A stretch of 63,439 bases of DNA, filler included, from Octopus bimaculoides (GCF_001194135.2; 5 parts of 5 records of this genome joined end to end with filler, not necessarily neighbours in it), one strand, 5' to 3'. Counted from the whole stretch's first letter, positions 36,446-49,280 are shown. The notes: generated by a model not told the origin, from the letters alone. A program made the numbers and translations.

Positions 36446-37217
36446 ACCTTCACTTAGTTATATATANNNNNNNNNNNNNNNNNNNNNNNNNNNNNNNNNN
36501 NNNNNNNNNNNNNNNNNNNNNNNNNNNNNNNNNNNNNNNNNNNNNNNNNNNNNNNNNNNNNNNNNNNNNNNNNNNNNNNNNNNNNNNNNNNNNNNNNNNN
36601 NNNNNNNNNNNNNNNNNNNNNNNNNNNNNNNNNNNNNNNNNNNNNNNNNNNNNNNNNNNNNNNNNNNNNNNNNNNNNNNNNNNNNNNNNNNNNNNNNNNN
36701 NNNNNNNNNNNNNNNNNNNNNNNNNNNNNNNNNNNNNNNNNNNNNNNNNNNNNNNNNNNNNNNNNNNNNNNNNNNNNNNNNNNNNNNNNNNNNNNNNNNN
36801 NNNNNNNNNNNNNNNNNNNNNNNNNNNNNNNNNNNNNNNNNNNNNNNNNNNNNNNNNNNNNNNNNNNNNNNNNNNNNNNNNNNNNNNNNNNNNNNNNNNN
36901 NNNNNNNNNNNNNNNNNNNNNNNNNNNNNNNNNNNNNNNNNNNNNNNNNNNNNNNNNNNNNNNNNNNNNNNNNNNNNNNNNNNNNNNNNNNNNNNNNNNN
37001 NNNNNNNNNNNNNNNNNNNNNNNNNNNNNNNNNNNNNNNNNNNNNNNNNNNNNNNNNNNNNNNNNNNNNNNNNNNNNNNNNNNNNNNNNNNNNNNNNNNN
37101 NNNNNNNNNNNNNNNNNNNNNNNNNNNNNNNNNNNNNNNNNNNNNNNNNNNNNNNNNNNNNNNNNNNNNNNNNNNNNNNNNNNNNNNNNNNNNNNNNNNN
37201 NNNNNNNNNNNNNNNNN

Positions 37218-37305
37218 ATCCGGTTTCACCAGTCCTCAGTCAAATCGTCCAACCCATGCTAGCATGGAAAGCGGACGTTAAACGATGATGATGATGATGA
37301 TGATG

Positions 37306-37307
<2 letters not shown>
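37218..37307 (+). mobile_element. 3' end of a (GAT)n-tailed retroelement (SINE or LINE)
   Basis: AAATCGTCCAACCCATGCTAGCATGGAAAGCGGACGTTAAAC followed by (GAT)n; the rest lies in the gap. Confidence 0.55.
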
Positions 37308-37337
<30 letters not shown>

Positions 37338-37451
37338 AATATGTGACAATTACTCGGAGCTATTAGAATGACCGTTGTCTTAATAACGGTCATTTACATA
37401 GTAATTTTCCTTTGTTTAACGGTCATTTTCATAGCATATTTTAATTGCCTC

Positions 37452-37512
37452 GATAACTGAAGAGATTCCGGTGCAGGTTTCCGCCCCGACATCCGAAACT
37501 CGGAGTTTTATC
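37452..37512 (+). ncRNA. Type-I hammerhead ribozyme candidate inside an inverted-repeat-bounded module
   Basis: GAUAA-CUGAAGA-[imperfect 31-nt stem II]-GAA-ACUC-G-GAGU-U-UUAUC. 5-bp stem I, near-palindromic stem III, GUU triplet. 16-bp perfect inverted repeat at 37337-37352 / 37525-37540. Confidence 0.65.
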
Positions 37513-37609
37513 ATAGCAACCGAATAATTGTCACATATTATATTACAAATAAATTCCTCTATTTACATAATATCGAGGTCTCCTTCATTCTTTAGTAATA
37601 CCATTACTA

Positions 37610-37643
<34 letters not shown>

Positions 37644-38659
37644 GATCCGATGAAGACTTGAAGTCGTTGTCGACACTCTACTTGTAAAAGTATTATAAAT
37701 GTGTACCCTCCCAAAAGTAATGAGTAGTCTTTTATTTTAGTGTAAAATTGTTTTTGTTATAAAGGCGGCGAGCTGCCAGAATCGCTAGCACGCCGGACAC
37801 ANNNNNNNNNNNNNNNNNNNNNNNNNNNNNNNNNNNNNNNNNNNNNNNNNNNNNNNNNNNNNNNNNNNNNNNNNNNNNNNNNNNNNNNNNNNNNNNNNNN
37901 NNNNNNNNNNNNNNNNNNNNNNNNNNNNNNNNNNNNNNNNNNNNNNNNNNNNNNNNNNNNNNNNNNNNNNNNNNNNNNNNNNNNNNNNNNNNNNNNNNNN
38001 NNNNNNNNNNNNNNNNNNNNNNNNNNNNNNNNNNNNNNNNNNNNNNNNNNNNNNNNNNNNNNNNNNNNNNNNNNNNNNNNNNNNNNNNNNNNNNNNNNNN
38101 NNNNNNNNNNNNNNNNNNNNNNNNNNNNNNNNNNNNNNNNNNNNNNNNNNNNNNNNNNNNNNNNNNNNNNNNNNNNNNNNNNNNNNNNNNNNNNNNNNNN
38201 NNNNNNNNNNNNNNNNNNNNNNNNNNNNNNNNNNNNNNNNNNNNNNNNNNNNNNNNNNNNNNNNNNNNNNNNNNNNNNNNNNNNNNNNNNNNNNNNNNNN
38301 NNNNNNNNNNNNNNNNNNNNNNNNNNNNNNNNNNNNNNNNNNNNNNNNNNNNNNNNNNNNNNNNNNNNNNNNNNNNNNNNNNNNNNNNNNNNNNNNGGCG
38401 AGAACTGTTTTCTGTCTATATTTGAGATGGTTTTATATACATTAAAGCGGTTTCGTTCTTTTTTGTCTATGGCTATCGTTTTCTCAGACTTGTTTCTAAT
38501 GTTTTTATTAGGGCGTTGTGTGTGTACGATTGTCTTCATTTCATTTTCTAAACCCTTAGCTGTTCTATTTATTTTATCTTATCTGACTTTATTTCCTTAA
38601 TTTTATTTCATTTAACACATATCCATATCCACCATTCAACAATCATATATTTACCTGTC

Positions 38660-38690
<31 letters not shown>

Positions 38691-39055
38691 GAGTGAGAGA
38701 GTAGCGCATGCCATCATAATGACATTGGAGTAAAAATACATGAAGCCCAATGTACCCATCATGACTACCCATCTGATTAAGGGTACATCAGGTACATGCA
38801 TCACAACCATATGTGCATGGTGGTCTCATATCAAGATAAATAGCGCATGACCTTGTAGGTAAGGCCTAATCAGTGTTTTCCTCAAGTCGAGTAGCCCATC
38901 AAAAGGTCCCTGAATAAGGGTTGTTTAAGGAAAATGAATGAAACGCCCATGTTCCCAGGGGTGAATTATTGAAACCCCAAAGAATCCTTCTCAGCACATA
39001 GATATGATGTTCCCCAACTACTTCTGCTCGTGATCAGAGATGCACATATCATCAG

Positions 39056-39059
<4 letters not shown>
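38691..39059 (-). mobile_element. AAT-tailed SINE-like element (family D), near full copy
   Basis: Ends in (AAT)n on the minus strand (38661-38690); homologous pieces at 19287-19320 and 24379-24490. Confidence 0.7.
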
Positions 39060-39154
<95 letters not shown>

Positions 39155-39160
39155 CACACA

Positions 39161-39362
39161 TTCTTTTACTCGTTTCAGTCAGTAGACTGCAGCTATGCTG
39201 GGGCACCGCCATGAAAAGTTTTTAGTCGAACGTATCGGCCCCAGTACTTTTTTTATAAAGCCTGATACTTATTCTATCGTTCTGTTTTGCCGAACCGTTA
39301 AGTTACGGGTGCATAAATACACCAGCACCGGTTGTCAAACGGTGGTGGGGGAACAAACACAA
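39161..39362 (-). mobile_element. Family B SINE, 3' tail only
   Basis: Reverse complement of the ...TGACAACCGGTG...GAATAAGTA...GTGCCCCAGCAT...GACTGAAAC tail. Confidence 0.8.
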
Positions 39363-39735
39363 GGTGCTGGTGTGGCGGTGTGGTAAGAAGCTTGCTTCCC
39401 AATCACATAGTTGTGGTTTCAGTCCCACTCCGTGGCACTTTGGGCAAGTGTTTTCTAGTATAGCCTTGGGCCAACCAAAGCCTTATGAGTTGATTTGGTT
39501 CACGGAAACTGAAAGAAACCTGTTGTATGTATATATGTGTGTGTATCTATGTGTGTGTGTATGTTTTCCAACACCGCTTGACAACCGGTGTTGGCGTGCT
39601 TACGTCTCCATAACTGAGCAGTTCAACAAAAAGATCGATAAAAATAAATAAAAGCGCTGATGTCGATTCATTCGACTAAAATTCTACAGGCAGTGCCCCA
39701 TCATGGCCGCAATCTGACTAAAACAAATAAAAATC
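39363..39735 (+). mobile_element. Family B SINE, full length (head + internal GT/AT microsatellite + tail)
   Basis: Head, (TG) tract and tail in order. Confidence 0.85.
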
Positions 39736-39783
39736 GAAGAAACATACGCATATACAGTTAAAAATAAAGGTAAATCTTCGAAA

Positions 39784-39826
<43 letters not shown>

Positions 39827-39905
39827 GGTGATGATGGTGGTGGTGATGATGGTGGTGGTGGTGGTAGTGGTGGTGGTGGTGTTGGTGCTGGTAGTGCTGG
39901 TGGTA
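39784..39905. repeat. (TAG)n grading into (TGG/TGA)n
   Basis: Seen directly; source of the poly-Y/H/V ORFs. Confidence 0.9.
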
Positions 39906-40187
39906 GTCATAGCAATTGTGGTAGCAGTAGAACATGTTAAAAACGGAAAGGGCGTGCAAGAAGGATATGTTTGTTTAATAGGTATTGAATGTCTATAAAA
40001 TCCCATGCCACTCACAGCCACCCTTCTCGCATACCCACAGGACATCTCGCGACCACCGCCATTTTTCGTCTTTTTACCTCTGCATGATCAAACGCCTCGT
40101 TGACAAACTTGATCCCCAAGACCCTCTCCTTTACATTGCTTCAGGGTCCAGTTCTCTGTTTCACTTTTTCTCGTATTTGCCTTCCTT

Positions 40188-40188
40188 T

Positions 40189-40260
<72 letters not shown>

Positions 40261-40264
40261 TCAT

Positions 40265-40302
<38 letters not shown>
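40188..40302. repeat. (CTTT)n microsatellite
   Basis: Seen directly. Confidence 0.95.
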
Positions 40303-40306
<4 letters not shown>

Positions 40307-40649
40307 CTCTCTCTGTCTCTCGTCCTCCTTTTCGTCTTACTTTCCTGGAAAAACTTAAAATATCTTCTCGATCGCTTTACTTTTGATATCTGAAGTCCAT
40401 CATTCCTTACTGTCAACTCCCCCACTCTCTTTCCACTCACAGCATCTCTCTCGCTCTCTCTGTCTCTCTGACACACGCATACACACATATACATACACAT
40501 ACACACATGCACACGTATAGACATCTTGCTCCACTTCATATACTCACGTTCACATCTTTACTCCACTTGCAATCTCCTGGTTCTATAGAGCTTTATACGT
40601 AATATATACATCTATGTATGTACGTACGTATGTATGTACATATGCATAT

Positions 40650-40692
<43 letters not shown>

Positions 40693-41071
40693 NNNNNNNN
40701 NNNNNNNNNNNNNNNNNNNNNNNNNNNNNNNNNNNNNNNNNNNNNNNNNNNNNNNNNNNNNNNNNNNNNNNNNNNNNNNNNNNNNNNNNNNNNNNNNNNN
40801 NNNNNNNNNNNNNNNNNNNNNNNNNNNNNNNNNNNNNNNNNNNNNNNNNNNNNNNNNNNNNNNNNNNNNNNNNNNNNNNNNNNNNNGTTGACCCTCACCT
40901 AACCTCTTTCACCTCTGCCCTTGATCTCCGATCTCTTTCACCTTATTGCGGTGGTCCGCCATTTTAATGTCGATCTCCCTTCGTTCACAAAATCTCTTTA
41001 AACATACTCAAAACCTTGTGCTGAGTAGATATAACGCAGGGAGGGTTTTCTTTCATTTAGTGGGAAAGATG

Positions 41072-41103
<32 letters not shown>

Positions 41104-42100
41104 TCGTGTGTATGTGTGTGTGTCTTTTTTTAATCATTTTAAATATATATTATATTGTTTTCTTTTCCAGTGTCTGGACAGAAACAATATTAACGACGAC
41201 GACGGTGGTAATAATGACGATTACCTACGGTAGCGATAACAATAATGTCGATGATGATGATGATTATAATGATGAGGAGGAAGAGGAGGAATACGATGAT
41301 GATGAGTATGAAAGGAGCAATGATAATAAGGAGAACAGAATCAATAGTAACAGCCGCAACGACAACATTAAGATATCATCAGCAACTCGTTTTCCACATG
41401 CTTTCCTCCCTCTCCTCATGCTCTTCCTCCTCGTTGTCGTCGTCATCATCGTCGTCCTCTTCCTCCTTATCTTCATCATCACCACCACTACCATCATCAA
41501 ATATCTGAACATCGTTGACATGAAAGACACCAAGAAAAAGAACAGAACAACAAGAATCACAATTAGTTGTCAAGTCTAAACAATTACAAAATAAAAAAAT
41601 CAATTAAAATAAATAAAATAAAATAAAATAAACCTCAAGCAAAAATAATATATAAATGAAATATAACAATAATATCGACCTTATTAATGTCGCCACCAAC
41701 AACACTATCACTAACAGCAACCAGAAGACCAACACCAAATAGAAAAACAACGCCAACAACACACGAGAGCAATGCTTAAACTTAACAACAACGGCAACAA
41801 GGATATTGTAGACCCAGACCAAACCATATGTAATGACATAAGAAAGAAAGAAACCAAAAAGATCGGTTATGACCTCCCGCCACACCGTCAGGATCTTCCA
41901 AGGCGCCTTAGATCTCCCGCCCCACCTTGAACAGAATCAAAGAGACAAACCTTCCACTTTAAGAATAATTATATTTAAAGAAAAAGCAAACAAATGAAAA
42001 TGACTACATGATTCAGAAAAGAGAACACGACTAGCTCAAGTTAAAAAAGTCACAAGGTAATAACTCTAGCTCAATGAATAAATAAATAAAGATCAAGGTC

Positions 42101-42690
42101 AGTGTCGTAAGAAGGTTGCTTTCTCAACCACATAGTTTCGGGTTCGGACCCACTGCGTGACGCCTTGGGCAAGTGTCTTCTACTATAGACCCAGGTCGAC
42201 CAAAGGCTTGTGAGCAGATTTATTTGACGGTAATTGAAGAAAGCTCGTTGTATATGTATTATGTATTTGTGTATACATGTATGTATGTATGTATGTATGT
42301 ATGTATGTATGTATGTATGTATGTATGTATGTATGGGTATAAATATAAGTGTGTGTGTGTATGTATGTATGTATGTATGTATGTATGTATGTATGTATGT
42401 ATGGGTATAAATATAAGTGTGTGTGTGTATGTATGTATGTGCGTTTCTTTGTGTGTTTGTGATGGTTTCTATACAGCTTGGCAACCGGTGTTAGTTTGGT
42501 TACGTCACCGCAAATTAGCGGTTCCGCAAAAAAGCCTGATAGCATAAGTATCAGACTTCAGAAAAAATAAAACTGGGATCGATTTACTTGACTAAAAAAA
42601 AAAAATAAAAAAAAAAAATAGAAGGACCTTCCAAGGCGGTGCCCCAGCATGACCGAAGTCCAATATTTGAAACGAGTACAAGATAAAGAT
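42101..42690 (+). mobile_element. Family B SINE with expanded internal (ATGT)n
   Basis: Head to about 42255, about 200 bp of ATGT repeat with a duplicated GGGTATAAATATAAGTGTG unit, then tail. Confidence 0.8.
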
Positions 42691-43011
42691 ACGTAGACAC
42701 ACGCGCCCGCGCCCGCCCACAATATCTTTGATATCATTCTGCTTGTTAAGATGTTCTTATGTTTTCGAGTATCATGCGTTAAACATTTTAAACTATCTAC
42801 TGAAATCCAAGACGATCTTCCGAATCTTTTAACCCAAAGACATGAATTCCAGTGTTATGCTTTAAAGAAGAAATCAAAGACAACCGAATTCTTTAGAATA
42901 ATGAACCAATGTTATAAACATTTACAAATCTATGCATCAAAATAGAAATATAGAAATTTATTAACCGTAGAATTTCCAGGGGTCCATATTAAAACTAAAA
43001 TAGAAAAAAAG

Positions 43012-43440
43012 CATGTGTGGTAAGAAACTTGCTCCTCAACCATATGGACCTGGGTCCAGTCCTACTGCGAAACACCTTGCGCAAGTGTCTTTTACAATAG
43101 ACTCAGGCCGACCGAAGCCTTGTGAGTGGATTTGGTAGACGGAAAATTAAAGAAGCCGTCGCACACACACATACGCGCACACACACACGCATACGCGCGC
43201 ACACACACACACATATGCATGCATGTAGATGTGTGTGTCTTTGTGTTGACAACCGATGTTTGTGTGTTTTGGCTCCGTAACTTAACGGTTCGAAAATGAG
43301 ACCGACAGAATAAGTACCAGGTTTAAAAAGAAAATAAGCACTGGGGTCAATTTGTTCGATTAAAATTCCCCAAGGCGGTGCCCCAGCATGGCCGCAGTCT
43401 AATGAGTGAAACAAGTAGAAGATGAAATAAAAGATAAATC
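43012..43440 (+). mobile_element. Family B SINE with internal (CA)n
   Basis: Head, CA/GC tract, tail ending GAAACAAGTAGAAGATGAAATAAAAGAT. Confidence 0.8.
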
Positions 43441-43814
43441 CTGATCTAATCTAAAGGAGGAGCTGAACGTCCTAACGCTAAAAGTAACGAAACGTGTTAT
43501 ATAGTGATCCTTTTCATTTTAGTGAGGTCTTCAACATAGATGTACCTCTTTATATCAAGCTCTTGACATTTGTCAGCTCATTATAATCATTATGTCAGTG
43601 TGCAGTTTTACCATTAGTTTTTCATGCTGCAGACCTTCTTCCTTTGTATTCAACTCCGTTCATTCATTCATTCATTCATTTATTCATTCAGATCTAAGGT
43701 ACTGTGATGGACTATCACAGACTGTGCTCGCGAATCCACAGGGCTATAGCTGTCGAGTCGCAGACCCTGTAAGAAAGAACACCCAATTCATCTCAGATTA
43801 TACCAGCCTGTTGT

Positions 43815-44125
43815 GAAGGCGCGTGGTTTAGTAGTTAGGGTATTCAGCTCATGATCACAAGGTCGTAAGTTCAATTTCCGGAGATGTGTTGTGTCCTTGA
43901 GCAAAACACTTTATTTCACGTTGCTCCAGTCCACTCAGCTGGCAAAAATGAGTAGTACCTGTATTTCAAAGAGCCTGCCTGAAGCTCCCTGAGAACTACC
44001 TTAAGAATACGCGTGTCTGTGGAGTGCTCAGCCAACTTGCACGTTAATTTCACGAGTAGCAGGCTGCTCCGCTGATCGGATCAACTGGAACCCTCGTTGT
44101 TGTAACTGACGGAGTGCCAGTCATA
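43815..44125 (+). mobile_element. tRNA-headed SINE (family E) with central GTGTCCTTGAGCAAAACACTT...GTCCACTCAGCTG block
   Basis: A/B-box-like head plus a central block of the type seen in widely conserved metazoan SINE domains; domain name not assigned. Confidence 0.7.
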
Positions 44126-44167
44126 CAATCCTGTTTTAAAAAAATGTAAGCACATATTGTACAATAA

Positions 44168-44362
44168 GACGGTGAACTGACAGAATCGTTGGCAAGTCGG
44201 ACAAAATGCTAAGCGGCATTTCTTCCGGTTCTTTATGTTCTGAGTTCGAATCCCAACGAGGTTAAGTTTGAGGTTAATCCCTTCGGTGTCGATAAAATAA
44301 GATACCAGTCAAGTACTGAATTCGATGTAATCGACTTGACCCCATCCTCTCGGAATTGCTAG
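44168..44362 (+). mobile_element. Family A SINE (diverged)
   Basis: GACAGAATCGTT...GAGTTCGAATCC...GTCGATAAAATAAG. Confidence 0.75.
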
Positions 44363-47250
44363 CGCTGAACCTGCAACGGACTGGCATCCAGTTGTACTAA
44401 CGTTCTGAGTTCAAATCCTCACCGAGGTCAACTTTATACTTTCTATCCTTTCGAAGTTGACAAGTTTCCTCCCGGGTGTGGTGATGCCGTGAAGTATGAG
44501 TTTCGATTCTTTGTGTTCTGGGTTCAAATCTTGCCATACCCTACTTGGGTGGTAGACTGAATCTCTCGCCTGGTTGAACACTACCACTTGTCACCTTGGG
44601 TACCTTTAGTAGAGATCACTTCATTGCAAACATTTCAGGGAAATCTCCGGTTCTGAAACATCTTCCCCCTGTCTTAAAAGCCCTCTTACGGGTCCTACTG
44701 GTATCCTCTTGACTAGAAAAATATGCGGTAGGAAAAAACAACAACAAAACAATACTAATCAATGAATGACTAATATTTGAATTATTTCGTTGATGACAAC
44801 CCCAGACAGGCTTTACAGTTGTTACAGAAATAGTGGAGAGAGAATCTATATGTAAATGTACATGATAATTTCGTATATTATTCAGTACCCATTACTATTT
44901 CCAGGGCCTACGCCTACTAGATTTACAAGAGGAAATTATTCCGATCTTACTCTCAGAAGGTCCAATACCAATGCTTGTAACAGAGTGGATTCCTCTAAAG
45001 TCGCCTATGGACCATGTGATGCAGTTTAACTGGGTGTTGGAAAAAAGATATCCATTTCAAAAGAGAAACATTTCTTTTGACGTGTTTCTGCACGCACCGT
45101 CCGACTATCAATTTTTACTCACCAGACTTTGGTCGACTCGAAGCTATGACTGAAGAAATATGCCTTTTCCACGGTACCGTGCCGTGCGATCGAACCTCGA
45201 TTATAAATTGATCGCATATTGAATAAGTTACGTAGCTTCATGGAACTTTGTTACTTTTTAATGTATTTTAATTTATTGTATATCTGAGCTAAGAAGAGTT
45301 TTATTGTGAAATTGTGTTTAGGCTGCCATAATAATTCTGTAAAACAGTTCCAAATATTTAAATAGCTCATCCCTTTTTTTCAGACATAGTTTGTCTAGAA
45401 CAAAGCTATCCAATGTACATCTTTTTAAATACAATCCGAAAGTTTGGTCGATAATTCTAGTAGAGCTAGCGACCATGTCGAGGCTTCCGCATCACCTCGT
45501 ATTGGAGTTTTGCTTTGTACTCAAAGAGTTCAACTTTCACAGTCTATAACCCGTGGTCACCGAACAAATGGGGGAATCTTTATGTTAGAAATAGCAGCCA
45601 AACCTGCCCTTGACTCAGCTACTGACTATTTAACAAAAGTAAAGTCAGGTTATATGATGCTGTCTCACAAGGCGGTGATTTGTCAGAATATTTTGAGTTT
45701 TGCGATATTTATTCCGGCTCTCCACGAGTCCTAAGTTCAAATTCCACTGTAAGTGGAGGACCACTCACAGAGTTCTTTTCTCTCAAAAAATGGAGAAAGG
45801 TTAAGTGAGGGACTAACACCCATTTCTCATGCAAAAGTTGATATGCTACTAGAATTCTCCGAGGACTCCCAATATAGAGAACAGCACAGAATGCATATAA
45901 AAGAGAGAATATATCTGAATAAAGATGGGTGCGCATTGATCATAAATGGAAAACTTTTGATTATACGTCTGTCCGATCAGGACTAATTGGTGGGCTAAAT
46001 AAAAACAGCGGATGCTGGACACTTCGCACGCAAAACTTATCAGTGCTTCGTTATTTTTTTTTAATAATAACTTTACATTGTAAGCACAGTGAGAAAAAGA
46101 CACATATACATCTATGTGCAGTCACGATTCAGTGTGTGTGTGTGTCCTTTGGGGATGTATGCTGATGTATGATATAAACATAGGCGAGAAAATGGTAAAA
46201 AAAACCCAGCCCTTTTTGAGAACGAAGTCCATTGAGATATTTGTTCAAAACCGAATCTCTGACACACCCTTGTTGCTTTTACAAGAGAACAAAATTGTCA
46301 GTGTGGAATTCTAATGGCTACACGCTTTACAATATTGCTGTTATTTAGTCATTTAACATGACTGCAATATAGATACCAGTATTTCAACTCCAATATTGAA
46401 ATTAAATGTTTAACTATCAAAGACTACATGAAAATCTTTCTCTCCCTTCTTTTGTCTTTCTTTTGTCTTCCTCTCTTCTACTCCCTCATTCTCAATTTGT
46501 CTTTCTCCTCCATCTCTCTCTGTCTATATTTATGTCTGTCTACCTATCCCCACTATCTCTGTTTCCCCCTCTGCTCTGATTAAAAAGCAATTGAAGAATT
46601 TTAATTATAAGTAATTAGCAAATTGTCGGTGTCTTCATATTTTTTCTAGTTAGCACTCACGGTTTTCTTTCTTTCGTTCTCTCTCTTTTTCTTTCTTTTT
46701 CTTTTTACTTTCTTACTTTTTTTCCTTTCATTCATACATTCTTTCTTTCTGTATTTTACCTTCCTAGATTAAAAAAATAAAACAACTTACATCTCTGTCA
46801 AGTCTTTTATCTACTCCTTCACCCAATTTTCCTTCCTTTTGCATCTCCCCCCTCCTTCATTCCTCGACTACATCTTCCTTCTTACTTTCTTTTCTTACCT
46901 TCTTCCTTTTCTGTTTTCCCCCTACCCTTCTTACTTAATTTCGTTCCCCACTTTCCTATTTTCTTTTACTTTTAATTCTCTATTTATTTGTCGTGTTTCA
47001 TTATTTGCTTTATCAATTAGCGTTACCTTCAGAACTCTCTCAACACTCACACACACGTGTATGCACATAGATACACACACACATAATGAAACATACAGTA
47101 CGATATCACACACACACACATTCATTACAGTAGTGACAATCATTGCATAAATGATTTTCTTTTTAACCCATTAAAATTTGTTGCAAATATTTTATATATT
47201 TCAAAACCTTGCGTGGAACCCTTTTTTAAATACTATTTTTACATTCTACC

Positions 47251-47634
47251 GGGTGGTGGATTAGCTGAATCTTTAGAACATTGCAAAAAAAAATGTCATG
47301 CGATAATTAGTAACAGCTCTTTTTGTTCTGAGTTCAAATCTCGTCGAGACCAGCTTTACCTTTTATCCTTGAGGAGTCGATAGAGTAAGTACCACTCGAG
47401 TACTGAGGCCGATGTAATCGATTTACCCCTTCCCCGAAATTGCTGGCCTTGTGCCAAAATATGAAACCAAGGCGGTGAGCTAGCGGAATTGTTAGCACGC
47501 CGGGCAAAATGCTTAGCGGCATTTCTTCCGCCTTAGCGTTCTGAGTTCAAAACCATGGAGGTCGACTTTACCTTTCACCCCTTCAGGGCCGATAAAATAA
47601 GTATCAGTTGAGTACTGGGGTTGGGGGTAATCAA
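47251..47634 (+). mobile_element. Two family A SINEs head to tail
   Basis: First copy ends TGTGCCAAAATATGAAACC (47468); second starts GGCGGTGAGCTAGCGGAATTG immediately after. Confidence 0.8.
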
Positions 47635-48741
47635 NNNNNNNNNNNNNNNNNNNNNNNNNNNNNNNNNNNNNNNNNNNNNNNNNNNNNNNNNNNNNNNNNN
47701 NNNNNNNNNNNNNNNNNNNNNNNNNNNNNNNNNNNNNNNNNNNNNNNNNNNNNNNNNNNNNNNNNNNNNNNNNNNNNNNNNNNNNNNNNNNNNNNNNNNN
47801 NNNNNNNNNNNNNNNNNNNNNNNNNNNNNNNNNNNNNNNNNNNNNNNNNNNNNNNNNNNNNNNNNNNNNNNNNNNNNNNNNNNNNNNNNNNNNNNNNNNN
47901 NNNNNNNNNNNNNNNNNNNNNNNNNNNNNNNNNNNNNNNNNNNNNNNNNNNNNNNNNNNNNNNNNNNNNNNNNNNNNNNNNNNNNNNNNNNNNNNNNNNN
48001 NNNNNNNNNNNNNNNNNNNNNNNNNNNNNNNNNNNNNNNNNNNNNNNNNNNNNNNNNNNNNNNNNNNNNNNNNNNNNNNNNNNNNNNNNNNNNNNNNNNN
48101 NNNNNNNNNNNNNNNNNNNNNNNNNNNNNNNNNNNNNNNNNNNNNNNNNNNNNNNNNNNNNNNNNNNNNNNNNNNNNNNNNNNNNNNNNNNNNNNNNNNN
48201 NNNNNNNNNNNNNNNNNNNNNNNNNNNNNNNNNNNNNNNNNNNNNNNNNNNNNNNNNNNNNNNNNNNNNNNNNNNNNNNNNNNNNNNNNNNNNNNNNNNN
48301 NNNNNNNNNNNNNNNNNNNNNNNNNNNNNNNNNNNNNNNNNNNNNNNNNNNNNNTATATATATATATATGTATGTATATATATATGTGTGTGTGTATGTG
48401 TGTGTGTCTATGGAAGATTGTAGGGAATATTTTTTGTATGACTTAAAGGTTTGGTCGCTGTTTAGTTACATATTTAGGAGTTGGTTATAGATTTACTTAT
48501 TGAATTTATTTACCGATACTGTAGCGCATAGGGTAAATGTGTTTGAAAGTTGTGGTTTCTTTGGTATGTTTGTTCCCAAACAACACTTATTTTAGTGCTG
48601 TTGACACCACCGGGTTGAATAGTAATGCCCAGGTGTCGAAACCATAATGATATCTGTGGGGCAGTTGATGATGGAGGCATGTTGGATTGTTGGTATTGCT
48701 GTTGTTGTATATGTGGAATACTCCCATAACACATCCTTTTG

Positions 48742-48774
<33 letters not shown>

Positions 48775-49280
48775 TATTGTTTTGGTACTAAATGTAATGA
48801 CTCTACCTGGACACAACAATAACAGTCCTTCCCGCAAAGCAAATTAAATAAAATTTGAGATTTTTTGCGGAAGTGTTAACAAGAACAAGACAGTGAGAAC
48901 AAGACAGTAAAAACAAACGGTGAGGGCTGTTATNNNNNNNNNNNNNNNNNNNNNNNNNNNNNNNNNNNNNNNNNNNNNNNNNNNNNNNNNNNNNNNNNNN
49001 NNNNNNNNNNNNNNNNNNNNNNNNNNNNNNNNNNNNNNNNNNNNNNNNNNNNNNNNNNNNNNNNNNNNNNNNNNNNNNNNNNNNNNNNNNNNNNNNNNNN
49101 NNNNNNNNNNNNNNNNNNNNNNNNNNNNNNNNNNNNNNNNNNNNNNNNNNNNNNNNNNNNNNNNNNNNNNNNNNNNNNNNNNNNNNNNNNNNNNNNNNNN
49201 NACAGATAGCATCACTTGTAACTCACAAAGGCAAAAACAAGAAAAAAAAACAATGAAAAACTAACCAATTCAGATGGTTA

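Noticed and set aside
41076-41885. ORFs with poly-D/E/S/T tracts
   Set aside because: A mosaic of GAT, GAC, CAT and AAC trinucleotide repeats open in several frames on both strands; low-complexity DNA with no splice or domain evidence.
45444-46165. Cluster of short ORFs as possible host exons
   Set aside because: No recognisable domain, a SINE A fragment overlaps near 45690-45760, and there is no supported splice structure.
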